This document shows positions 26,984-40,829 of a DNA stretch of 64,000 bases, in pieces (position 1 is the first letter of the stretch; every line of letters starts with the position of its first letter). Origin of the DNA: Camelus dromedarius (Eukaryota); the NCBI RefSeq assembly GCF_036321535.1, contig NC_087436.1:19656001-19720000 (forward strand), read 5' to 3'. The notes below the pieces were generated by a model that did not search any database, was not told the origin of the DNA, and saw only the letters and a program-made list of their open reading frames with translations. A program made the translations under genes and the position numbers.

Positions 26984-29469
26984 TCATCTTTACTGCAATT
27001 AACATCAATCTCTTCCTGAAGGCACCCAACACTTCAAATAGTCATCCAGCACTTAAGTGTCAGGTACTTTAGGCTAGGGATGCAATTCCAGTAAGACATG
27101 GCCTTGCGCCCTCAGAGCTTACACTCCCAAGGGGGCAGAAACATGCAAATGGAGAAGTTTTTAAAAGTTGTTTACATTTGGATAAAATTATGCAGAGAAC
27201 ATCACTGAGCCCAGGCCTGGCAGATCAAAGAAAGATTTCCAAAGGTACACCTGTGGAGAAAAAGTAGTCCACCAGCTGAAAAGGAGAGGAATCTTAACAA
27301 AGGCACTGGACAGTGTGTTTAGGTTTGAGAGGGAAATGCTACCTCGGCAAGGGGTGAGGAACACGCTCTTGGGGGACACAGCAAGGCAGAGCGCGGCCTT
27401 AAGCCTCTAGGTCAGTTTCCCTAACCCAAATCATCTGTCACTTAGAGATTCTGACTCAGTAGTTCCGGGGCAGAACCCAGCAATCCGTTTGCAAAAACCT
27501 AGGAAATTCTTATGGGCTGGCGAGTATGGGAAAGACTGTCAGTGATAGTGGCCATGGGAAGGTTTTAAGCAAAGACCTGCAGGAGTTCTGTTTCCACCTT
27601 ATCACAGATTGGAGACAGGTCATCTCACTCAGTTTCTGGCCTCACAGTTTCCCATTTGGTTACATTTGATATAACTTGTCACTATTTACTCTCTTCTATG
27701 CACTTTTTTTTTTTAAAGAGGAGTCTTTTCTCCCTCAAAAGACTGGAAACCACATGAGAGACTAGTACCAAGCTTCTCACGATTACTCTCTAGAACATCT
27801 CCATTGTTCTAAATCTCTTGAAAAAAAATTTTTTTATGTTATTTTGAAACAGGATGGTTGTTTCAAACACATTTTATCCACCACTTGAGGAGAGCGTATC
27901 TTTTCCATTTGTCTTCATCAGGCTTCTGTGGTACTCCCTGTTACTTAATGACTTGCCTATAAATCCATTTTGTATGAGTAAATTGGTCTCGGCACCACAA
28001 TTTTTCCCATCACTTGGCTCACATAATTTTAAGTTTTCATCTTTTAAATTGGATAAGGCAGAAGGATCAGTTCTGACTGTTTCTGAAGGAAGAGAAAAGC
28101 CTCTTGAACCATAAACACGTAAGAGGAAAAAGGCTTCCTTTCTTCAGGGTCACCTTGATAAAACTTCTCTTCAAAACTAAAGCCATAATCACCCTCTGTG
28201 CCTCCCCTCCCTTCCCTGACTCCTGCTTGGGCTTGTTTCAAATGACCTATTTTCATAAATGGCTATTAAGTCAAAAGCAGTATATTTTCTGGCAGAAGCT
28301 ACTGAGAGGTCAAGAACGGGGGTTGGGGGACCAAGTTTGATTCATCCAGCTAACTACGTGCCTGGCCACGTTAGATTCCTGAGCAATTCATGTAGTAACC
28401 CTTCGAGGTGGTGAGCAGAACAAAGGCTTGACCCCAAAGCCCAAAGCTCTTTCAGAGGTACAGCTACCCTTTTGAATATGTCAAGATTCTCTTGTTAAAC
28501 CTGGGGAATGGTCATGGAGACAGTGAGAGATCTCTTTGGAGAGCAGTAGTATTGGGGGGGAAACACTCAAAGTGACAGTACCATAAATTAGCCTGTGAAG
28601 ATACATAAAAATGGTCAGGTGGAAATATATTTAATATGACTGAGTTATATCATAGAGGAGAAGACATGCAGATCCTTGTTTCTTGGCAATGTTTACTGTA
28701 AACTTTCACCTACTCAGAGTATTTACAGTTTAGGGTAAAAGAACACTGAGATGGAAAAACAAAAAACAAAAAACCTGCAGTGGAACATGACACTACAGCC
28801 CAAGTAAATGCAGCTGTGGACTCCCACATCCGTGTCAGAGAGGCATCAGACAAGGAGAACACCAGCTCTCTACAGATCTCCCGTCTGAGACAGAGGATAC
28901 TTAGCCCTCTTTCAAAGGATTCAGACCAGTCCGTCCTCCCCACGCAGCAGGGGCTACTTTCCTCCCCTCTGGCCCAAGCTGAGCTTGTACCCTGTGCACT
29001 CAGAGCACCCTCTCTGTGCCCAGTCACGGCCCTCAGCAGGCTGCTTCGTAGTTTTCCTGTTTGCTGACCAGTGGGTTTTAAGGTTCTCAGGACAAGAAAA
29101 ATGTCTTGCTCACTTGGTATCCCTGGACCCTGAGCACACTGCCCGGGCCTGTGGAAGCAGTGTTTAAGGGCAGTGCCAGGGAAAATCCCTGGCCCTTCCC
29201 CTCCTCCCCCAACAGTGGGTACAGTGACTAGGACAGCATCATCCACGCACGTGAACAGCTATAACCTAGTGATATCTCTATTACTGGCCACGGGACAAAA
29301 GATGAAGAAAACAGAAAGGTTTCTGTGTTGTCCAAGAACTAGCTGCATCAGAATCAACACAGATGCTTGTTAAAATACAAGTTCCTGAAACCCACCCCTG
29401 GTCAGACTCTCCAGGTAAGAAGCACTATAATTTGCATTCTAGAAAGGTCCCCAAATAATTTCCATAAGC

Positions 29470-29687
29470 AAGTGGTTCTCCATCAGGAGTGATTTTAAAC
29501 CCCATCCACAGGGACACTGAGAAATGTCTGTAGACATTTTGGATTCTCCTGACTGAGGAAGGAGGTGCTACCAGTGTCTGTTAAGCAGAGGCCAGGGATG
29601 CTGCTTAACATTCTACAAAACACAGGACGGCCCTCCACAGCGAAGGATTACCTGCCCCCAGATGTCCAGTGCGGTTGAGAAACACTG
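29470..29687 (+). mobile_element. MER20-like hAT element nested in a MER5-like element (~29320-29715)
   Basis: AGTGGTTCTC...AATGTCTGTAGACATTTTGG...AGAGGCCAGGGATGCTGCT...GGTTGAGAAACACTG. Confidence 0.85.
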
Positions 29688-30002
29688 TTACAAGCTCTAA
29701 ATCAAGAAACCACTTGTTCTCTGATCTTAGAGCAACAAGGAGATTTAAAAACCTTTAAGGGTTAACAAACGAGAACAGCTACGTTCTAACCAGATGACAG
29801 AGTATAAACAATAACTTATTAGATATTTTATTCCAACATGTAAAGAATCTGAAAATGGGCAAAGAAATCTTGAAGGGATTGCTGTTCTAAAAAATGATGT
29901 TCTAGTCCCGGCCATGAAAACAGTCACTTTCCATTTTTCAGTGCTACAGATCCCTCAGACGATGATGATTTCTGGTACTTGGTACAAGTTTAAAACAGTA
30001 GA

Positions 30003-30098
30003 GTATAAAATCATGTACATATATAACTGAATCACTTTGCTGTATACCTGAAACTAACACAATATTGTAAATCAACTATACTGCACCCCCCCCCAAAA
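30003..30098 (+). mobile_element. 5'-truncated L1 tail in LSM6 intron 1
   Basis: ATAACTGAATCACTTTGCTGTATACCTGAAACTAACACAATATTGTAAATCAACTATAC; TSD TAAAACAGTAGA at 29991 and 30099. Confidence 0.85.
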
Positions 30099-30189
30099 TA
30101 AAACAGTAGAATAATCCAAGTGATGTAACACTTTTTAAATTTTAATGTTGAGTAAGCCACAGTTTAGTGAGAGACCACATGTTGCAACA

Positions 30190-30365
30190 TAAAGAGTACT
30201 CACTTGGGAGGCGGGAAACCTGAGTTCTAATCCCAGCTCTGCTACTTAATTAGCTGTGTGCCTTGGATAACTCATTTCACCTCTCCAGGACTCAGGTTTC
30301 TCATCTGCAAAATAAGGGAGTTATGCCAGATGATCACTTAAGTGATCAACCTGCTCTAACATTCA
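30190..30365 (+). mobile_element. MIR-family SINE
   Basis: CCTGAGTTCTAATCCCAGCTCTGCTACT...CTCAGGTTTCTCATCTGCAAAAT core. Confidence 0.75.
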
Positions 30366-31129
30366 GTCGGCCTATGCAGTAACTCCGCTAATACACATTA
30401 ACACATACTAACACAATCCTCTGTTCCTGCCCAAAAGTCAAGAAAGTTGAATTGCCAGAGACCACCATAAAAGAAAAAAAATTTCAAAGAGGTTCATCAG
30501 CCTTGCCGGTTGATATATTAGAAATGAATTACTCTTGGTAAGGTATAGTCATACGTGAATGATGTAAACTACTAAAATTTTTTTAAAACAATTTGGCGAT
30601 GTGTGTGAGGACCTAAAAAGACCCTACAAGACCACAGCATCCATTCTAATAATTTCACGTCTCAGAATTGGTCCAAAAAAAAAAGGTTTATTAAAGTATT
30701 AGCTGGTATACCAAAATGAAGCAAAAATTCACAAAACACCCTAAATGTCCCACAGCTGGGAAATGGTTACACAATTGGTTACACAGGACCTACACAGTGA
30801 TGGTACAGGTAGCCAATCAAAGGAAAACATAAAACTAGAAATTTAGGAATGATTTTTTAAATGAAAGTTAAAAACTAAATGTACTGTTAAGTGATGAAAT
30901 GGGTACAGCCTTAGCTCAAGTACAAACTAGTACAAACAAGAGTAAAATACAGAGATTGTAGGTTGAAGAGTGCCACGAATATTATTTTCCTTACTAAACT
31001 CTTCTGTGTTTCCTACTTTTCTATAACCTTCTCGTACTAATACGGGGTGAAGGAAGGACACACCAAATCAGTCAAGATGATCTGCATCAGCCTAGCCTAA
31101 TTCTAGACACCTTCAATAAAAATACGTGC

Positions 31130-31945
31130 TGCGAACGCGCGCACACACTACACACAAAAGCCCGGGTGACAGCACTTAACCCCTTACGGTTGTGGGCGTC
31201 CCCCAACCTGACTACTCGAGAAGCTGGGCTAGTCCACCTCCTAATTCCTGGGGGCCAGGAGTAGCCACCCCGATGTAACCCAGGCCAGGTAGTTCCGGGC
31301 GAAGCCTGGCCCTGGGTTCGGGGTCTGCTTTCCCGCCGAATCCCCGGGCTAAAGTTGGGGCTCCCTACGGAACTTCGACCACAGTGAGCGGTCTCGGAAG
31401 CCAACCCGGCGGAGCCCGGCTCGTGCCGTCCCTCCCCGCTCGATCCAGGCGGCCCTCGGGGAGGGGTTCTCAGGGCCGGGCTGGGGAATCCAGGCGCCAG
31501 CGACCCCAGAAACCCCGGCCAAGGCGGGCGCCGAGGACCGAGCGTGAGCGCGCACCTCGCGGGGACCCGCCGGCCGCCGGCTCCCGAGACCGCGCTCGCT
31601 CCCGGCCCCTCCAGGGGCTGCCGGGTCGGCCCCGGGCTGCCGCTCCCGAACCCTGCCCGGGGTGACGGAACACGGGGGCCTCGCACGGCCCGCGCGGCAG
31701 TGTGGCTCACCTCGCGGCCAGGAACAGAAACCGCACTCCACGAAGCCCACAAGCCCGGCCTCCGCGGACCGACCGGGCGAAACCGAAACTGAAATCGCCG
31801 AGGCGGCGGCGGCACTTTCCCGCCTCAGCCAATCATTGCTTTCCCTGACTACGGCAGCCCGCGAGGACCGAAAAGGCCGCACCCCCTCCGGAGCGCGCAA
31901 ATCCCAGCATACACGTTTGCCTGAACGCAGAGTTGGTGCCTCGGA
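31130..31945. promoter_or_regulatory. CpG island / LSM6 promoter
   Basis: Only extended GC- and CpG-rich tract in the window; E2F-type TTTCCCGC 31816-31823, CCAAT 31829-31833, ZNF143/SBS-like CAAATCCCAGCATACAC 31898-31914. Confidence 0.9.
31711..31810 (-). other. LSM6: LSM6 non-coding exon 1 (5' UTR; TSS approximate)
   Basis: Strong donor GAG|GTGAGC at 31711/31710 within the CpG island, ~7.2 kb upstream of the ATG exon; no ATG in this segment. Confidence 0.75.
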
Positions 31946-33459
31946 GTCAAAAGGCTCTCTCATTACAGAAAGCAGACATCATCCACCCTCCTCCCCTACC
32001 CGACCTTAAAAAAAAAAAAAACAAAAACAAAACTGGAAATGATCTTTTGGCCAGGATTTCTTTAGGCAGAAATGTTAAGAAAGAGCTTGAAGTCATAGAA
32101 CTGAAATTCACTGCTAAAGTAATGACTATACATACTAAGAAATATCCTGAATTTGAATAATTAAATGCAAATAAATAAATAAAACAAGCAGCCTCGAAGC
32201 TTTAAACCCACTTTTGATTAAATGTGTGAAGACGAAGTCGTGATTAGCACGAGATTGTTTCCGTAGCGACGTTAATCGACACAACAAATTGAAATCACTA
32301 AGGTAACTCACAAAGGCATAAATTGCGTTACATTACAAACTAGTTCTAATTGGAAATGGTGTGCAGACATTATTTAAGTGCTGCTATGGGAACTTGGTTT
32401 GGAACTTAGCATGAAATCTCAATATTCTTGGTATTAAAAGGAAAGGAAAAAGAAGAAAACTTATTTCAAGACTTGATTCCTTTTTTCCCTACACACATAT
32501 CCTCATCAGCTTAAAACTTATACTTTAATTCTATTCCAGATTTGCAATGTTATAAACAAAGTGATAGTATCTTTAAACAGATCTTTAACCCTGTTTAAGT
32601 GTTACATGATCTAAGGTACAAACGTTTTCCTAAGACAAAATGAGTTCACCCTCTTGTAAGCCTCTCAGCTAAAGGCAGAAGAAATGAACCTTTGATTAGT
32701 ATAGGGGACAGAGAATGGCTAGGTGTGATTTGATAGAAAAATGGAGCTTCTTTATATGCTTTTGTAAGAGCTCACTTTGCGTAAAGACTAAGTAATTATA
32801 GATTTATTGAAAAGGGCTGTATCTGAAGATCTTTTAATATAAAATATAATGTAAATTTTAAAAATATAAGTATCATTTAAATAAAATAATTAGCTGCAAA
32901 AAAAAAACCCACACAACATAATAGGATATAAAGCCCTGTTCCTAAAAACCTTCTTCACAAAAGACATCAAATGGTACCATATTCCACACTGATTGTTTCA
33001 ATTATTCAAAAAAGAATTTTTAACTCATAGCCTCTCTCCCTTTAGCAAAGACCCCTCATGGGGTCAGTTCGATTGGTGTGCAGGGGGCAATGAAGAACTC
33101 TAAGGATGTGGTTCACCTGCAAAGCAACTGCAAACTTTTCTAAGGGGCACAGATCTGTAAGGGCCCAACTAGACAAATGGAGTGGACACCATGAATTTGT
33201 TCATAAGCCAAAATGTTTATCAAAATGTGACTGTGTCCAGAACCCCCTCAGCAGCTTAGAATTGACTTTTACTAATCCACAAAACAACTTCCCATATTTC
33301 ACAGGGTTCCCCCCACCCATCATGTTTTATTTTACAAAGAAAATAAATGCAAGACTTTTTTGGAACACTAGACCACTAAGAACAAATCTTCAAAGCCTTG
33401 AACACATTTTATTAAGGAGCTTTAAATTCATAAAAATAATATGACAGGATTTAGTTTAG

Positions 33460-34490
33460 CTTGTGTAGTTTAGTTGTTAGAATTAATAAACCTACGCTGA
33501 CACATCATAATCACCCCAAGTCCATAGTTTATATTAAGGCTCACTTTGGTGTTGTACATTCTATGGGTTTTGATGAACATAGAATGACAAGTGTCCACCA
33601 TTACAGTATTATACAGAGTAATTTCACTGTCCCCAAAATCACCTGTGCCTCACCTATGTCTTCAATCCTTTCTTCCCACTAATACCTGGCAACCACTGAT
33701 CTTTTTATTGTCTTCGTGGTTTTACTTTTTCCAAAGTATCATATACCTGGGATCATATAATATGTAGCCTTTTCAGATTGGCTTCTTTCACTTAGTAATG
33801 TGCATTGAAGGTTCCTCCACATCTTTTCATGGCTTCATGACTCAATCCTTTTTAGCTCTGGATAACATTCCATTGTCTGGATAGGCCACAGTTTATTTAT
33901 TCATTCCCTTAACTGAAGGACATCTTGGTTGCTTCCAAGTCTTGGCGATTGTGAATAAAGCTATTATTAAATTCTGTGGGCAGGTTTTTGTAGAGACATC
34001 AATTTTCAATTCACTTGGATAAATACCAAGGATTGCAACTGCTGAACCATATGATAAGAGTATGTTTGCATCTGTAAGAAAAAGCCAAACTGCCTTCCAG
34101 GGTGTCTGTACCATTTTGTGTTCCCACCCGGAATGACTGAGTTCTCTTATGATCCACATCTTCACCAGGATTTGGTGTTTCCAGTATTTTGGGTTTGGGC
34201 CATTCTAATAAGTATATAGTGGTATCTCATTGCAGTTTTAATTTGCATTTCGCGATGACATCTGCTGTGGCGCATCTTTTCATATGCTTATTTGCCATTC
34301 GTATATCTTCTTCATCTTCTTTGGTGAGGTGTCTTTTCGAATCTTTTGCCCACTCTTGAATCAGATTGTTCATTTTTTAAAATCAACTTTTAAGAGTTCT
34401 TTATCTATCTTAGGTAACAGTCCTTTATCAGGTGTGTCCTTTGCAAATATTTCCTCCCAAGCTGTGGCTTGTCTTCTCATTCTCTTGAAG
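33460..34490 (-). mobile_element. Old L1 (L1MC/MB-like) ORF2 C-terminus and 3' UTR
   Basis: Minus-strand peptides KRMRRQATAWEEIFAKDTPDKGL and ALFTIAKTWKQPRCPS match the L1 ORF2p C-terminus. Confidence 0.9.
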
Positions 34491-34629
34491 CTAATATTCT
34501 TAACATAAGCAAATGCTGGCATAACAATTTTGAGATGAAGGTTTGCCATTTCATTTTTTTCGTTCCAAACTTCTGCAGTTTTTTTGTACATATACCTTTT
34601 AAGAATTATGTCCTTCAGTGTTTCATGTT

Positions 34630-35247
34630 CATAAGAGAAGGTATTGAAACCAAGGCTAGTCGTCAGTTAGCCAAACAAAGAATAAACTGTAATCCACTTT
34701 CACAGATCATGCTCCCTTTAATTGTTTTTATGAAAATGTGCATGTCTTCCATGTAGCCTAAACAGTAAGATGTTTGCTCAAGTTGTTTTTTTTTTTTTTT
34801 TTTTTTTTCAGAAATTTGGATTTAGCTGTGTCCAGTTGAAGCTCAAGCAGGTTAAGACTGATTAGGACCACTGACTTTCCCATTAGGCTTATGCAAGTGT
34901 CCAACCTTTTGACGTCAAAGGACCCAAAACTCCACCCTCAGAACATGCTGGCTATTTTCTGAACATGCATCCCATGAAAAAGTCTGTCATTTACTTGCAC
35001 CTGCGCAGAATGATTACCTCACCTTATTCCTATCTCCAACCATCTTTCCTCAGTCTCCCCACATCTCAGCTTTATCCCATAAATATCCCAAGCCCCTCAC
35101 CTTTGAGGGGGATGGTTTTAAAATTTGTTCTCCCTGCTCACTTGGCTAACTTGTGAATACACCTCTCCTCTGCTGCAAGTCTCAGCATCTTAGCGTTTGG
35201 CTTGCTGTGCATCTGGGAAACAGCCTCATACCTGTGGCTCAGTCACA
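34630..35247 (+). mobile_element. Old ERV1-class LTR (MER39/MER34-like; 5' boundary uncertain)
   Basis: TATA-like CCATAAATA and a 3' end CTCTGCTGCAAGTCTCAGCATCTTAGCGTTTGGCTTGCTG...TCAGTCACA resembling this LTR group. Confidence 0.6.
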
Positions 35248-38200
35248 GTCTCAGGTCTAGCCCTGCGTACATGTGGGTGATTGTATTATGTTGAGGATGG
35301 TGACGAAGAGAGACACAAACATGAAACTGGATTGGTCCACATTCTCCAAAGCAGATTTTAACACCTAAATCAGTGTAGTAATACTGGCAGTGTTGTTCCA
35401 GCAACGCGTTAGCCATATGATGTGCGGGCATGCACTTGGATGGTCAGACTGGACGATAAAAACACCTAAGCCGTCACATTCTAAGTTTGGGTATTTGGAC
35501 CGCTGTCATCTACCTTTTATTATAGGATGTGAAACTTACTCGTTAAAGAAAACAAGAAGAAAGAATAGTTGTTGAGTATCTTCTGAGAAGTAATATAAAT
35601 TTACGGACTAATGGGCAAATTCCTCAGCAAAGGCAGTGGTGCCTTTTATTTTTACCAAAAGACGGGATATTCTACATCGTGGGCACTTGGTTTCAGAGAT
35701 AACACTTGAGATGTTTAAATAAAGGTTCAGACTTCATTGGCCATCATTTTGGTAAAACTTGAATCACAGTCACAACTTCCGGCTGAGTCCAGAGCCAGGG
35801 TGGACGTTACTGTGATCACATTGGGCGCAGGGTCTGAACTCCTATGAGGAAAAGCTCCCAAATGCTGTGATGCTTTCTGCTCCACTGTGAACTCTAGAAA
35901 ACCTCTCTTGGCTGTAAAATGCAGGGAAATCGGTGCAACGCTGCCCTTGTATTTTAATCAAGATGAACTTGAAAGGTGAACATTGTAAGTGGGAGAAATT
36001 ATTTATAATTCGGTAATAAAAGTTTATGTCTGACACTCCAAATTTCATACATCTGCTATGTGCTGGCCCTGAGATATAAAACAATTGAAGTTGCCTTTAC
36101 ATTTGGCCGTATATGAAAGGTCATAAATTAGAATGATAACGTTCGTCCTCTTTCCCAGCTCACAAAATTTCCATATTAACATCTTCACCTCAAACATAAA
36201 TGGTTACCCAGCTACAAAGAAAAGAGTTGTATTGGGCTTTTGTGAATTATAGTTGGTGTTGGAAATCTGTGGTACATAAGGATGCTATTCATCTTGCAGG
36301 GGAATGAATCGACTTCAAGCTAATTCTACCGCAGCGAAACTAATTAAAACTGGATGGCCAGCTCACATAAATAAAGTACAATGTATAAAAAGTTAGGAAT
36401 ATTTTAGATGTCACCAAATAATTTCCAAGGTATGTGGTTCTTCTAATTCTTAAAAGTGCACTCCTACATCTGTGAGGTGTTTTCTCTGCTTGAATACCTG
36501 CCACCAAGTTTATTTAAAGTCAATTTTCAAAATATTTCTTACTAATGTGATTTTAACTGATAATGTGAAAATGTTGATCTTTTCAACTACCAAAACCACC
36601 CCCCCACAATCCATTTCTATTATGATACATCATAACTAAATTCATTCCAAAACATTAATGAATTGGGCCAGTGCTTTCTCTTTAGACTGTCAAAAAAAAA
36701 AAAAAATGTTGACAGCCAAAAAAGAGATGTCCTTGATTTCCAAGGAGGGTTATCAAATCCACATGCTTTTTTTGGTGTAAAGGTGTCTCCCACAAGCACT
36801 GTGCTGTAGTTAAAATGCAACATGTTATAAACTTGTAGGGTCAAGTTCAAGAACAACTCCGGCACCTCAGGCCTTCAATCCAAGGAGAAAACAAAAATTT
36901 AAGACTGGATGTTACCTCTCTGTAACTTTTCACATTAGAAGCTGTTTTATCACAGTCAGATTAGTGAACATAACGTAGCTGGAAACTACCAATATATTAC
37001 CATTAGCGCTTTGCTCTCAATTTTGTTTTACTTAAGGAGTTGGCTTTTTCTGTCTCTAACATCAGGAGAGATGGATGTCTCTGCAGTCGCTAAAGGCACT
37101 GCAATGAGAAGCACATCTGTTGTTACCTAAAACACTCAGAAACAGAGACTACCTAGGTGTTTCTGTTGTGACAAAGCCTGCAGCAACGTCTGGACACATT
37201 TCTAGAAAGTCACCCACACCGAGAGAATGATCAGCTGCCTCAAAACATACAGCATTGTCCTCTTTTCATAACTGTCCCCAACAGAATTTGGGGAACCAAC
37301 ATCCATCTTCATCAATTGTAACTAGAGCAAAGAATAATACCCTCTGTCCTCCAGGGTCTTCTAAAAAGCTCAGCTGAGAAGAATACTTCCTGCCAAGGAG
37401 AAGCATGGCTTTCTGATTTATGCTGGAGAATGGAGACACGTGGGTTGCAGAGGACACAAAACATGGTGAGGGCAGTCACAGCTTCCGACTGAGTCCAGAG
37501 CCAAGGTGAATGTTACTCTAATCATACTGGGTGGGGGAGGTAGTGAATAATTAATAGAGGCATTTGCTAGACTATGGGTCCATTCTAACTTTGTATCTAA
37601 ACAACACCTTGTTCTCTTTTTAATTTTTATGTATTTGTTCAGTGCCTGGCAAAGGAAAGGACTCCTAATTATACATAGATGAACACAGGGCCACCGATTG
37701 CATACTCAGTTGGTCCCAGAAATAAGATCCTCTGAGAATCACAGCTTAAATAAATTTTAAAATATGAAGGTAAGTGAATTTCCTTGATGTGAACTCTACA
37801 AGGATCAGAATCTGAACACTTTTGGAAACTTTTTCTCCCATTTCGCAATCACACCATTAATTAATCAACATTTCTTCATCATTTCATGATTATATGCCTG
37901 AAAGTAATGATTTCTTCCAAAGCTGACCTTTTGCATCCATTCCTATTCAGCGGCAACAAAGATCTCAGAACCTTCACTGAAACTTAACTTTTCACTTTCT
38001 TAGCTAGACAGAGAACACACGAGTTCTGCCTTCAGCACATAGGTTACTCCCTAAATACACATGAAGGAAAACTAGAGTCTTATGGGACCCAACTCCCCGA
38101 CCCCAAATACCTTAAGAAGATATTTTGAGAATATTTTATTGTCAGCAAAATTTAATAGTACACTGATAAAAATTCAAAAATCAAGAGAGAAAGAGATTCT

Positions 38201-40829
38201 GGAGGAAACCTATTATAGAGAAAATTGGTTGCTCTTTCAAAATAGAAAGGCAGGTGACTTTTGTATTCTTAAGATGTATGTATGTATTTTAAAGAATAAT
38301 ATTTTATTAGTCTCCACTCGCTGGAGCCGAGGAAGCCTTGGCTGTGCATGGCCTCATTCCATCTTTGAAGTTCCTTTATTCCTAAACCACTGGCAACTTT
38401 CTGTTGCCCCCAGAGCATTCGCCTAACTTAGAGATATTATTGACAAAGTACGAGGCTGTGAATTTCACACAAACCCTGCACAGAGTGTCATGGTAGGAAG
38501 AGTGAAACTTTTGTCTGGGAACAACTGCTGAACAAAACTCAGGCAGGGATTATTTTCCTCCTTTGGCCATTTGCAAGACGAATGCCAGTACTACAGCTGA
38601 ATATTTGCATCTGACAGGGATTTGCAAGGATCGTTATAATGGTGGCAATGATGAGGTAGGTCCCCATAGCTCACCCACCCTCAGTCTGAGAGGGCCATGG
38701 CAAGTCAGACCTTGTGCCACAGAATAAAAAGGACATCCACTGTAAGACACACCAGAAGCAAGGTTTCTGTAGAGAAGGTGTGTGAGGAAGGGATGAGCCT
38801 GGCCTCTCAGCAGGGGAAACTGAGCCTCTAAGATGGCGCCTTTAGCCTCCCATGTGGATAACAAGCACCAAGGGAAGAGCTGTTTGAAGAAAGTTGTTGT
38901 CCTTGGTGTCTTCCCAGAGTTTCCCTGCTGAGCTGCTCCTCATTCTGGTCTCATGCCCTGACAACACTGGAATTCTTACCGGTGTGTTCCTCCCAAGTGT
39001 CCGCATGGCACTGAGCCTTGGCTGTGGGTTCCAACGTCTACCTTCTAAGTATCCTCTAAGATAATTCCTGTGCTTTTGGTCTCTTCCCCGGTTTTTCAGT
39101 GAAATGTCATCATGGCAGAGACCTTATAAATTCATTTCTGATCAGGTGATAATAGCAGGTCCAATATGCGATTTTGCTCATGTGCATTTTAATAAGGTGG
39201 AGTTCTTTAATAGCTTAAAGGAATAAATCTCATGAAATGTTGGCATCAGTGCCAGGTATGAGGAGAGAGTGCAGGTTTCTCTAGGTGCAATGGCTTTCCC
39301 AGATGGAGAGGTGCCCACTTGCCCAAAGGAGCAGAGCAGCCTAACTGACTAGCCTTCCTGTTGTATGGGGTTAAGAGTAGATTACATTTGACTCTGTTCA
39401 TCTCATTCACATCAAGGAATAAAATAGGACCTGTTTGCAACAACAACAAAAAAAGATGGGGTGAGGGAAGAAGGACGTAAGAGTGATGTGGGATAAAATT
39501 TATTTCACTTGTATGCTCGAAATATTTATAAGCCCAAATATTTAAGCCTCTTATTCCATCCCTGAAAAATGAAGGGCCCTCACCATCACCACCTACCTCA
39601 GACAGTTCGCATAGTGGCAGCTGCCGTGAAGGTGAGAGCAGCAAAGACAATGGAGATGAACACACCTGATTACTTCCAAGGAAATCGATCCAATGAAACC
39701 ACAGAGATGATGTGTTATTTTCTATCAATACCATTAGCATTTTATGCCCACACTTTAGATCGTAGTTATGCTCCACCCGTGGATCTGGATTTGGAGGGAC
39801 AAGCGGTCTTCCAGAAAGTATGTGTCTCCTTAGCTCACGTCCTGTCCTGGCTCGCAAACTTGCCCTTTACCTACTCTTCCAACACGTCTCAGTCCAAGCC
39901 AGAAGGTGATTCCAAGTCTGGAAAAACTGATGGTTTACTCAATATGTGTTTGTATTGAAGGTGGACCAAGAAGTGAGGGCAAATGCGATCAGGTTTATTA
40001 CCCTGGGTGAAGTGTAGTCATTCTTTTCTAAAAGCTTCTTTACTTGTTTAAAAACATAAATATGAAAATGTGTTTTCTGCAGATAAATTACAAATAAAAG
40101 AGAAAAAACTCAAATTTTGCCAGTTATTTTACCACTCCAAGCAAAACAGCACGAGGACGGAACTCTCTGGGCCACGGCCATCATCGCCGTCCCTTTCGTT
40201 CTCTTACTGAGTATAATGCTCACTGTTATATAATCTTTTTTTCCTCATTTAATTACACTTAGTGAAGATCTTTACATGTCAGTGAATAGAAAATCATTTG
40301 AGTAACACGTAATCCTCAGCCACAATTTAGTTAATCCTTGCATTATTAAACAACCATGTATTTTAAATTCTTTGCTACAGTAACAACATATATTTAAATA
40401 TGTGTGTGTGTGGTGATTTTGTGAATGCTTATCTGTTTCCTTAGATAAATCTCCCAGTGGAGAGTCACTATATATTTGCAATGATTTTCACATTTTAAAG
40501 GATATTTTGCTATAGTTATTACCCCATTTCTCTCCAGGAAAGCCAATTTATACTCCTTTCAAAATAAATGAGAGTGCCCAAAGACAGCTGTTTTCAAAAA
40601 TAATCTGACTCACTTGTAAATGTCTGTTTATTTTTCTGCCTTCACTTGTGGAATAGAAGTTTCTAGAAGGCAGGGAAAATGCCTCGATTCTATTAGGTCC
40701 CTAGCACCTGACACATGCCTAACCCTGAGTGTTTCTAGTATTTGTAATTTTGTGTATTTGGGTTTAAAGAGAAACCAACTTGTATACGCTTCAGGCTCCA
40801 ACACAACTTGGAATTCGGCTGCTATTTGC

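Larger units (their letters stand above)
18205..31810 (-). other. LSM6: LSM6 gene span (4 exons; both ends approximate)
   Basis: Runs from the CpG-island exon 1 to the inferred cleavage site just past ATTAAA at 18225-18230. Confidence 0.85.

Noticed and set aside
28710..29246. 178-aa ORF in LSM6 intron 1
   Set aside because: Non-ATG start, intronic, no recognisable protein features
31087..32009. Overlapping long ORFs (242, 204, 115 aa) on both strands
   Set aside because: They lie in the CpG island where stop codons are scarce; low-complexity Pro/Arg/Gly/Ala translations that cross the exon 1 donor, with no recognisable domain
33893..34591. ORFs with recognisable peptide motifs
   Set aside because: Broken L1 ORF2 remnants, not a host gene
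39246..39958. 203-aa minus and 129-aa plus ORFs
   Set aside because: No recognisable homology, promoter or splice structure; consistent with chance ORFs
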